In this document: positions 48,742-59,453 of the stretch, in pieces
Layout of the letters: each line of letters starts with the position of its first letter
Numbering within the stretch: position 1 is the first letter of the stretch
NCBI RefSeq assembly: GCF_902713615.1
Contig: NW_024055676.1
Coordinates: forward strand, 620,877-684,876
Direction of reading: 5' to 3'
DNA from: Scyliorhinus canicula
Lineage: Eukaryota
DNA length: 64,000 nt
Notes under the pieces: generated by a model
The model's input: only the letters and a program-made list of their open reading frames with translations
Databases searched by the model: none
What the model was told of the DNA's origin: nothing
Translations under genes and position numbers: made by a program

Positions 48742-50108
48742 AGGTATGTTCCAGAAAGATATATATCGGCAACTTCAAAGATGCAAACAATGCTTAGAAT
48801 GCAAGCATTTGCAGGTAATTAAGTCTTTACAGGTCCAGAGTTAGGGGTAACCCCAGGTTAAAGAGGGGTGAATTGTCTTTAGCCAGGACACTTGGTCGGA
48901 TTTTGCAAGCCCAGGCCAGATGGTGGGGGATGAATGTAATGCGGCATGAATCCCAGGCCTCGGTTGAGGCCGCACTCATGTGTGCGGAACTTAGCTATAG
49001 GTTTCTGCTCGGCGATTCTGCCTTGTTGCGGGTCACCTCACAATGCTCCACTTCTCCAGCTTCCACCTAAACAAATTAAAGAAGCCATCCCCGATGGACA
49101 AGCCCTCCATATACACAGGATCTGCTCAGACAAGGAGGAGCGTAACAGACATCTACAGACGCTGAAAGATGCCCTCGTCCAAATGGGTATGGTGCTCGAC
49201 TCATCAATCGACAGTTCCAACACGCCACAGCAAAAAAACGCACCGACCTCCTCAGAAGACAAATATGGGACTCAACCGACAGAGTACCCTTCGTCGTCCA
49301 GTACTTTCCCAGAGTGGAGAAACTACGACATCTTCTTCACAGCCTTCAACACGTCATCGATGAAGATGAACATCTTGCCAAGGTCATCCCCACATCCCCA
49401 CTACTGGCCCTCAAACAACTGCGCAACCTCAAACAGACCATTGTTTGCATCAAACTACCCAGCCTTCAGGAGAACAGCGACCATGACACCACACAACCCT
49501 GCCAGGGCAATCTCTGCAAGGCGTGCCAGATGATCGACATCGATACCACCACTACACGAGAGAACACCATCCACCATGTATGCGGTACATACTCGTGCGA
49601 CTAGGCCAATGTTGTCTACCTCATACCCTGCAGGAAAGGATGTCCTGAAGCGTGGTACATTGGCGAGACCATGCAGACGCTGCAACAATGAATGAACGGA
49701 CAGTGCACAACAATCACCAGGCAGGAATGGTCCCTACCAGTCGGTGAACACTTTAGCAGTCAAGGGCATTCAGCCTCTGATCTCCGGGTAAGCGTTCTTC
49801 AAGGAGACCTTCAGGACACGCGATAACGCAGAATCGCCGAGCTGCAACTTATAGCTTAGTTCCACACACGTGGGTACGGCTTCAATCGGGACCTGGGATT
49901 CATGTCGCATTACATTCATCCCCCACCATCTGGCCTGGGCTTGCAAAATCCTATCAACTGTCTGGGCTTGAGATAATTCACACCTCTTTATCCTGGGGCT
50001 ACCCCTATCTCCGGATCTGTAAAGACTTAATTACCTGCAAATGCTCGTATTCTAAGCATTATCTTGCATCTTTGAATTTGTCTAAACATATGTTTCTAGA
50101 ACCTACCT

Positions 50109-50156
50109 CTTCATTCACCTGAGGAAGGAGCAGTTCTCCGAAAGCTAGTGTTTGAA
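50109..50156 (+). ncRNA. Second minimal hammerhead motif, more diverged
   Basis: CUUCAUUCAC CUGAGGA A GGAG-CAGUU-CUCC GAA AGCU A GUGUUUGAA. Confidence 0.65.
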
Positions 50157-51079
50157 ACAAACCTGTTGGACTTTAACCTGGTGTTGTAAGATTTCTTACA
50201 ATATTAATCATGCAATGGGTTACATCTCATTTATTACCGCACTCCTCCACATCTCTGTTTAAAATAAAATAGGTCCTTTCTCAGTTCTCTCTCAATTAGA
50301 CCCTCTCAGTGTTTATATCTTTCGATATTATTCCAGTTATTAATACATTAGATCATGCTTCTGTGGCATCTATAAGTTACTTTAGTTGAGTTTTTACTTG
50401 TAGTTAGACGATGTATTTGTTAATATTTTATTGCACATTTTGTTTCGTAGTATTACATTCATCCCTGCTTCAGTTATCACTGTTCTTAACCGTGTAACAA
50501 GTATTATTACCCTGGGACTTGTCTCTGGAATGATTGAATAGGACCATGTTTCGTTTAATCTTTCCCTCGACATTGTATCAATGTATATAATGCTCTCTGC
50601 ATTTAAACATTTGAATAAGAAGGACCATGTTTCTATACATACCACAATTCGCCCTTTCTCAGTTATGACTGCACGAGACTGTTTACTGTTTTAACAAATA
50701 GGTGCAGTCACATTCAGAAATGCACTGAGAATCACCTCTCTCTACTGCAATGGGGGCTGGTTTAGCTCACTTGGCTAAATCGCTGGCTTTTAAAGCAGGC
50801 CAGCAGCCTCCCCAGACAGGCGCCGAAATGTGGCGACTAGGGGCTTTTCACAGTAACTTCATTGGAGCCTACTCGTGACAATAAGCGATTTTCATTTCAT
50901 TTTTTCATTTCATTTCAATTGGCTCTTTTTTAATCATTGCATTAGACCTTATATCTGTTAATATTACATTATGTGCGGATTAATTAAGTGATGCATGAAT
51001 GAAACTCTGTTTCATTCACGGCTGAAGTCTTCCCCCATAGAATAATGCAACAGATTTATTTGCATTGGTTACCGCACAA

Positions 51080-51650
51080 TCAACATCCTGGGGTTGTCAT
51101 TGACCGGAAACTGAACTGGACAAGCCAGACGAATGCTGTGGCTGCCAGAGCAGTTCAAAGTGTAGAAATCCTGTGGCGAGTAACTCACAGCCCGATTGCC
51201 CAAAGCCTGTCCATCATATTCCAGGCAAAAGTCTGAAGTGTAATGGAATACAAGCTCCACTTGTCTGTAGTGTAGCTTCAACAAATCTCAAGAAGCTTTA
51301 CACCATCCAGGACAAATCAGTTGCTTGATTGTTGCCATCCGCAGGATTTACTGTTGGAACTAATAAAGGTTTCATATTCAGCACCGACTAGACCCACGGC
51401 GACAACCATCAACAAGGACCAGAGCAGCAGATACTTTGGAACACCAACACCTGAAGATTCCTCTCCAAGTCACTCAACGCTTTCACTTGGAAATACATCG
51501 CCGTTCCTTCACCGTGGCTGGGTGATAATACTGGGCTTCTCTCGCTAATACAGTATGGGCGTAACTGCATATCAGGGGCTGCAGCGATTCAAGGCGGCAG
51601 CTCACCACCACCTTCTGAATGGCAACTTGGAATGGGCCATAATTGCTGAC
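51080..51650 (+). mobile_element. L2/jockey-like LINE 3' fragment
   Basis: Similar to 24900-25530. Confidence 0.6.
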
Positions 51651-51714
51651 CCAATCAGTGGCGCCATATCGCGCAAATGAATGAAAACAATAAAGGTTGT
51701 CTAAAAAATTGACA

Positions 51715-51830
51715 AATAGATAGACAGATAGATAGATTGATGGATAGATAGATAAATATATGAAAGATAGATAGATAGAGAAAGTAAGATAGATAGATAG
51801 AAGAAAGAAAGAAAGAAAGGTGGAATTTTA
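51715..51830. repeat. (GATA)n/(GAAA)n microsatellite
   Basis: Direct reading. Confidence 0.9.
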
Positions 51831-51854
51831 TTTTGAATATACTAACTGATTTTT

Positions 51855-52200
51855 GTTCGTTCATGGGATGTGGATGACGCTGGCTGATCCTGCAGTTCTT
51901 ACCCATCCCTGAGGGCATTTAAGAGTCAACCACATTGCTGTGGAGTCATCTGGAGTCATATGTAGGCCAGACTAGTTAAGGGCGATAGGTGTCCTTCCCT
52001 GAAGGACATCAGTGAACCAGATGGGTTTTGATTAGACAGAACAATGGTTTCATGGTCATCATTAAACTTTTAATTCCAGAGTTTTCTTGATTCAAATTTC
52101 ACCACCTGCCGTGGTGGGAGCCCGAGTCCCCAGAGCTTGACTCTGGGTCTCTGGATTACTAGTCCAGCGACAATACCACTGCGCCACTGCCTTGTGACAC
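51855..52200 (+). mobile_element. Old SINE; related copies at about 18850-19200, 29660-29880 (minus) and 38600-38830 (minus)
   Basis: Shared AAGAGTCA..CA..TTGCTGT..GGAG.CACATGTAGG..AGACC block. Confidence 0.6.
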
Positions 52201-54987
52201 TCACTTGTGTTTGGAAGAATGCATTTTGTCGTATCAATCAGTATTAGCTGTTATGGAAGTTCGTTGCAAAGGAAAATACATCTTTAAAACTCCTGCCGAT
52301 CTGTTCTCATCTCTTTATTTCAGACTACACATCGATTAATTAATATCTCTGTTCTCTCTCAGACTTAATTCACTTACAAAAGCCTATTTGGTGTTGTGTG
52401 ATTGGTCTGGTAATGGGTGTGTAATATTTTGCTGCAAGGTTGGAGCGAATCTTGAGATATTCACTTCATCACCAGGCTGAGGAACAGAAACACAGGAGCC
52501 ATATTGAACTTCACATTGCACAACACAGTCACAAACTCCATTGTGTTGGAGATGGCTAATTCAGCCTTGTGTTCATCTGTGGCAATTACCCGCTGTTTCC
52601 TTTCATGGTCCGAATTGTCTTTCACCCTTTTTGCTGAATGGATTTCTGTTTGCTTTTGGTGTGGCCACTGATTGTGAGAGACAGAGTCTGAAACTGTGTG
52701 TGTATGGAATGAAATGAAAACTGAAAATCGCTTATTGTCACGAGTAGGCTTCAATGAAGTTACTGTGAAAAGCCCCTAGTCGCCACATTCCGGCGCCTGT
52801 CTGGGGAGGCTGGTATGGGAATCGAACCGTGCTGCTGGCCTGCTGGAAAAGCCAGCGATTTAGCGCAGTGAGTTAAACCAGCCTGTATGTGTGTGTGTGT
52901 GTGTGCGTATCTGTGTGTGGATAGGTGTGTCTATGTACGCGCCTGTGTGTCTATATGGGCCGATTAGTCTGGAACACATCATTATTCATTATTTGCAAAA
53001 TGGCGTTGCCAATAATTGCAATTATGTTTCAGCACAGGACGACATTTTATTGAGATTACCTTCCACATCCTATGCTACACTCAATATGTACTTGTAATGT
53101 ATTGTCCTGAGTGATCTAGACAGTAATATCAAGCTTTCCATTCAATTGAAAAGGCAAATATATCTTTCAAATTACTTACATATCGGTTCAGCTCGCTTTC
53201 TCTGTCTCAGGCTGCACCTAAATCAGTTGAACCCTCTTCTCTCTCTCAGACTTCACTCACTCACACAGGCACACAGCAGCCGAGTCTGGAACCTAGTGTT
53301 TAAATGGCACCTCGTGTTTAAATCTTTTTTGCTGAAGGCACTTCTGAAAATAATTAAGCACCAAAACGTCATCAGAGGAAAATTCCGTGCCAAAAAGGCA
53401 ATGGATCATTCACTTAACCTCTCTCCCTTTCCCCCCTCTCACTCCCCCTCTCCCCCCCCCCCCCTCTCTCGCTCTGACACCAAGTGACTTCAAACTTTCT
53501 ACATTAGTATAACCTCTGTTAACAGATTGTTGCTTTAATTTCCCTTCATCTCTCCAGATTATTATTTGTATTATGACCAGTGAAGATCATCTGTGCATCT
53601 CCCGATCGGTTACTGTGTTTCTAAACAAATAATATAACTTTTACAAGGGAATGGGAATGGAGGTGAATGTAATGCTGAGAGCGGCAGCAATCTGTGTGGG
53701 TGTTCTTGATGCTGTCAGAGTGAGTTCACCCTCACAGGCAGGAAGACTGTTCACGGTGATAACATGAAACTGACGCCTGGTGTTTCATTCTCAGGAAACA
53801 CAACTTCCTGTTCCTCTGCTGCTGGTTCCAAACCGCACATCTCACTTCTGAGCAGAAAATAAATCTAGGGACTACAATCTGGTGGGACCATCTGTCAGTG
53901 CGGCCTATATCTGCCCACAGAGTCAGGGCAGAGTCACACAGATCACATTGTGGTGACATTTACAAATGAACCTGTTGTGATCTGTTCAAAGATTCCATTC
54001 CAGGACATAACTGGATGGTCAGTGGATCAGTCACTGAGTTTCCCCGGTTCTCTGAAGCCAGGAAATGATATCTTGTTCCATTTCACTATTGTATCATTCT
54101 CCCGCTCTGGGTGTAATTTGTTTTTACTGTTTCTCAGTTGTGTCTCTCTTTCTAATTTCTTCGCTCAGTTTCACTTCCTCTCTCTGTATCTTTCTCCATC
54201 TTTATGTGTGTCTATTTAATTAAACTGCTAAAACAAAACCATCAAGGTTTAAATCTAGTAATTAAAGAGAGACTATTACAACTGGTAGGAGGGTCTGTAA
54301 CCAGAGGACACAGATGTACCGTATTGAACAGGAGGATTGTTTTTACACAGCGAGTTGTTATAAACTGGAACACACATCGGGAAAGTATGATGGAATCAGA
54401 TTTAACAGTAACTTTGGAAAATGATGGATAAATATTTGAAAGTATTAAGATCTGAAGGACGAGAGGGAAGGGAACAGTTAGATGGTTCATCTCTAATCAT
54501 TGTCCCAGCACCTTTTCTGTATCTCCCTCTGTCATTCATTGAGGCCGAATAAAATACAATGATTGTACAGCTTTGCTCTTGTGCTGATCCTGTCTTTAGG
54601 CAGAACCTGGGTGTGTGCAGATAATTGCCACGAATCTTTCAGAGGTTCGTTGCTGTTTACAATCCACTACTTTGGACAAAGTAACAGTGGATAGGGGCTG
54701 GTTTAGCTCACTGGGCTAAATCGCTGGCTTACCAAGCAGGCCAGCAGCACGGTTCGATCCCCGGGCAGGCGCCGGAATGCGGCGACTAGGGGCTTTCCAC
54801 AGTAACTTCATTGAAGCCTACTCGTGACAATAAGTGATTTTCATTTTTCATTTTCGAATAGCACTTGTTTCGAAAAAGAACAATTATCGTTAACATTTGT
54901 GGCACTAATTCTTCCTGTGATGAGGCTTTGGCTTTTAGTCTTTGTGTCCGAAACTGATGATTTAAACATATGTGTCCATAAGCTGGG

Positions 54988-55185
54988 ACGGTAGGGTGGC
55001 GCAGTGGTTAGCACTGCTGCCTACGCCTCTGAAGACCCGAGTTCGATCCCGGTCCTGGGTCACTGTCCGTGAGAAGTTTGCACCTTCTTCCCGTGACTGT
55101 GTGGGTTTCACCCCCACAACCCAAATATGTGAAGGTTAGGTGGATTGGCCGTGCTAAATATAAATAAATGCATACTCTAAATTTA
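54988..55185 (+). mobile_element. HE1-like SINE
   Basis: GGTGGCGCAGTGGTTAGC A box, GAGTTCGATCC B box. Confidence 0.8.
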
Positions 55186-55541
55186 CCAAAGAAATATTGG
55201 GTTCATAAGCTGCCGGAACCGGCTCTTGCGTGTCTGTGTAAATGGAGAACTGTTGGTAAGAATGAGAAGAAACAGATGCTTTTGTTGTCCCCGACAGATG
55301 CACCAGTATAGGTGCCATAATTGTCCTCCCATTGGCTATAAACGATCCTAGGTGGAGTCAATCACACGCGCCTCACTCAATGAAGTTTCCAATCCACTTT
55401 TCCCACACACATCCCTGTCACTCAGCATGATAATGAAGCCTGGCCTCGGGCCCAAAGAATCCTTGCTTTCTGATAGTTTCACTTCCTCTTAAAATCAACT
55501 GTTCATGTGATCCACTGCCTCCCTTAATCGAAGATTATCAC

Positions 55542-56050
55542 CAGTCTCTGTTATTGATACACTAAAGCCGGTGTCTGTGATTATTATTATACCAGACCCC
55601 AGTCTGATCCCGGGCCCGGCAGTCTGTGTTATTGATACACTGGAGCCGGTGTCTGTGATTATTATTATACCAGACCCAGTCTGACTCCGGGCCGGCAGTC
55701 TCTGTTATTGATACACTGGAGCCGGTCTCTGTGATTATTATTATCCCAGACCCCAGTCTGACCCCGGGCCCGGCAGGCTCTGTTATTGATACACTGGAGC
55801 CGGTCTCTGTGATTATTATTATACCTGACCCCAGTCTGACCCCAGGCCCGGCAGTCTCTGTTATTGATACACTGGAGCCGGTCCCTGTGATTATTATTAA
55901 AACAGACCCCAGTCTGACCCCGGGCCCGGCAGTCTCTGTTACTGATACACTGGAGCCGGTCTCTGTGATTATTATTATACCAGACCCTAGTCTGACCCCG
56001 GGCCCGGCAGCCTCTGTTATTGATACACTGGATCCGGTCTCTGTGACTAT
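55542..56050. repeat. 78-bp minisatellite, about 6.5 copies
   Basis: CCAGACCC-like anchors at 55592, 55670, 55746, 55824, 55902 and 55980. Confidence 0.95.
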
Positions 56051-57698
56051 CATACCGGTGCGGCAGTTGTAAATCACTTCGCAAATCCAAGGAGAAAATA
56101 TGCTTGTTCTTTTACAAGTGCGGAGTGGGGGGCGGCGGCGGGGGGGGGGGGGGGGGGGGTGGAGGAAAGGACGTCAAAACATCATTGATGTGCCAATAAC
56201 GAAAGGGAAAATGCTGGAAAATCTCAGCAAGTCTGGCAGCATCTGGCTGGAGAGAAAAGAGCTAACGTTTCGAGTCCGATGACTCTTTTTCAAAGCTTGA
56301 CTGATGTCACTTCCTGCGGAACACATGACAGGAACATCGCCTCCAGAGCTGTGTCTGATTGGCCTGATATTATTTTTGTAAATCACAAGTTTGTGTTTAT
56401 TGCAGAGGCTGAAAATCTAACCGTACATTTCGCTGATCACTAACAGAACGGTAAAAATCAGAACGGTAAATTTGATCTCTACTTGACCTCTGCGACTGTT
56501 TAATCAATAATTGTCCTGAAATCTGTTCCCTGGAAGAATAAAAAGTGCTGGATGCAGATGAAGATGTTCTATTGATTTTAGTCTCTGTCATTAATGAAAC
56601 TGAACTGGCTGCCCGGAAGGGTATAAGGAGGGGGGGGGGGGGGGGGGGGGACAGGGGTGGTAGTGAAGGGAGTCGAGTTTGATTAAGATTCTACTGTGGC
56701 ACTCAGGGAAATGGTCTCTCTGTTGTTCGTGGCATATGCAGAGGACGGGGATATACGCTACTAGTTTGGTATCCGAAACTTGTAATTGAACATACATGCA
56801 TTTAACATACATTAGACGTTTGCTGCCTTCATTTTATTCTGGCGTCTGAACTGTAGTTATCATCTTGTGTAATTTAAAGTTCCTCCCACCAAAGAGCTCC
56901 AGCATCATATTTGTCTGTTGACTGCGGCGGAAGCGGTTACGGGTTCCTTTTTATTACTATTATTAATTCAGGTTAATATACACAGGAATTAATTTTAAAT
57001 TATGTTTAAATTGCAGTGAAGTAATTTATTTTGACGTGTTATGTTATATTCAATTGATTATATCATTTTCTCAATTATTTAATATTTAAATAGATTATTA
57101 TTTATGTCTGATTTTTCTTCCCATTTTGAATTCCTGCATCCACTTCATGCTTTTTTCTCACTATGTTCCTTTGTTTCTCTCTCTGTTTTTGTTGTTATCT
57201 GTTCGTTTGTCTCTCTTCGTTTCTCCGACCTTATTGTCTCCATATCACGGCACCGGGTCCCTTCACTGTACCTTGGTGGTTCGTGAATTGGTTGAAACGG
57301 GAATTTGAGATGAATTTGATTTTCTACCCTCTGAACTTGAATGCCACGTGAAGGAACGAAAACGAGACAGTGAAAGTGTCTCTGACAGAGAGAGAGAAAG
57401 AGAGGCAAGATACCGACAGAGAAGCCGAACAGCAGAGAGAGACAGACACGAAGAGAAAGCTGAGAGACACCAAGGCAGCGAAAATGCTGAAGGAGTTTAT
57501 TCGCCCAGGAGCAAGAACGATTGGTGCCCGACTCTCACGAGAACTGAGGGACTGGCCAATCCTGACCTTGGGAAACGCCCATCAGAATCACATTGCGTGA
57601 AATCTGCAGCTGATTGGAGATTACTCTTTAATATCAGACTAGAACTGCAACTTATTTCAAGCATGATTTTATTTCTTTCCAACTTTAAACCGGGCACC

Positions 57699-57741
57699 AT
57701 GTTCTCATATTGCTTTATGGTGATTCTCATCATCCTGCCCA
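57699..57741 (+). CDS. TCR V leader exon (MFSYCFMVILIILP, phase 1)
   Basis: ATG, 43 nt, GTGAGT donor; 100-nt intron to the V exon. Confidence 0.88.
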
Positions 57742-57841
57742 GTGAGTCAATATTTACTATAATATTCAATATCACACATACACATGTTCCATATGTTATG
57801 TTCACTCCCAGACGTTTGAAACATTATGTGTCTTGTTACAG

Positions 57842-58145
57842 GAACAAATGGCGAAGACGCAGTGTTCCAGGATCGATCTGAATTAAAGGTTCTGGAAGGA
57901 CAGAACGTAACACTGGATTGTAGATACTCGACAGCTGCTCTTCAAACTCTGTTCTGGTACATCCAGTATCCCGGGAAAGCTCCAAAATATTTAATGGCAA
58001 TATATAGCTCTGGGGATGTAAATATTTCGCCAAATTTACCAGCGAGGTTCTTGGCGGTTTTGCATAAAGAAAACACAACGGTTCCCTTAACTATCACCGG
58101 GGCCCTTCTCTCCGACTGTGCCGTGTATTTCTGTGCCATGTTGCC
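57842..58145 (+). CDS. TCR alpha/delta-type V exon, intact (EDAVFQDRSELKVLEGQNVTLDCRYST...LFWYIQYPGKAPKYL...SDCAVYFCAML)
   Basis: TTACAG acceptor, open frame, EGxxVTLxCxY and LFWYxQYPG motifs typical of V-alpha/delta, 23-RSS, no nearby J or C. Confidence 0.85.
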
Positions 58146-58184
58146 CACACTGCACAGAGATATAGCAGATGCCGTACAATAACC
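58146..58184 (+). other. 23-RSS of the first TCR V
   Basis: CACACTG - 23 nt - ACAATAACC. Confidence 0.9.
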
Positions 58185-58974
58185 CCACACTGAGAGTTCC
58201 AGTTAGTGCCCACCAGAGGGCGTTCTCTCGCCGATAAATATTCAACCTCCACAGTGAAAGCCAACGAGACTTTTCATAATTTCTGAGCAAGACGGGGCAC
58301 CCAACAAAGCCAGGCAAGTGTCACTTAGAGAATTAAAGTAGTCGCTTTCAGCTCACAGTTATAATAAAAATGAGAGTCACAAATAGATTTCTGGTGTCAC
58401 CTCGTTTTTTCCTTTTGATGTTATTTCTGTGCCTGTCTGATTTATTGTGGACATTTTCCTCCGTCTTCCCGTTAGTATACCGATCCTTTTGATCACGACC
58501 GCGCACAAACTCTATATGAACAGCGTGTTTTAGTTGTCCGGATTGTTTTAATGAAAAGATTAAAATTTACAAATTAGGAACATCGAGTGTTAAAACACAC
58601 CCCATGCATCAATCTCCCTCGATGTTCATGGCCTTTTGGAGTGTCTTTTTATATCTATCATATTTTCCACCATCTTTCATAACCCAGGGTTTCTGTCTTA
58701 AAGTGTCTAAAGAAAGTTTTTCTTCTCACCCATCTCCTCCAACAGAACCAGCCCCCGAAAATGCCACGGCACTGCAGCCGAGACCGAGACCGATATGTTT
58801 CTCTTCACTCGCAGTCACTTCACTATTCATCCGTTTCACAACCGCACAGCGAGCAAATGGCAGTGAGGCGATAGAATCCTAAGACCTTACAGCAGATTAT
58901 TGATGGTAGGATCAGGATCGGTGTCTTCAAATACTCAACACTCCTTTGACAGAGCGGATAGCGAGCAGAATGTG

Positions 58975-59453
58975 ACGTAGCATCAGGATATTGTGGGAAT
59001 ATTTCTGACAGGTAATTGTGGACTAAACACCTTCCGCATTTTCTCCAATTTCCAAAATAGGGTATGAATCAGAATATTAAACACCCGCCGGTCTGATAAT
59101 TCCTTGTTTGAATATGCTTTTAGATCCAGGTCATGGAGGCTCTGTTTGTCAGTAGCTGTCCTTAGATCTAAAGACAGTTGTAGAAGGGAAAACTGAAAAA
59201 GGTATATGCAACATCAGCTTCATTATTTATTCTGGCACAAGAGCACCAGATACACAGCGCGCGAAGTTGCACTGCAGGAATTCTGGGTGGGTAAATGAAA
59301 GTTTTGCCAAACCATATTTCACGGTAGAATTCGAGACCTCTACTAAATTCACCAGTTTAAGCTTCAAGGGGCGGCACCTGACTGTGCCGTCTATTACTGC
59401 TTTCTGTCTGTGGGAATTGTGATGGAAAGCAGTCTTACCCCTGTACGTTTACC
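58975..59453 (+). pseudogene. TCR V pseudogene with leader relic and decayed RSS
   Basis: Leader relic ends IVGIFLT with a GTAATT donor (59012); acceptor at 59123. TAG at 59153, frameshifted pieces YLFW...FAKPYFTVEFETSTKFT...DCAVYYC, then AATTGTG-23-ACGTTTACC in RSS geometry. Confidence 0.75.

Larger units (their letters stand above)
48651..50200 (+). mobile_element. Penelope-like retroelement relic: RT C-terminus and GIY-YIG endonuclease between about 380-bp inverted terminal repeats
   Basis: ANVVYLIPCRKGCPEAWYIGETMQTL at about 49605-49685; 48651-49030 is the diverged reverse complement of 49820-50200. Confidence 0.88.

Noticed and set aside
9352-55185. tRNA-like A/B box sequences read as tRNA genes
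   Set aside because: All continue into SINE cores and tails; no complete cloverleaf or anticodon arm seen.
55562-56090. 171-aa and 141-aa repetitive ORFs
   Set aside because: By-product of a 78-bp (26-codon) tandem repeat.
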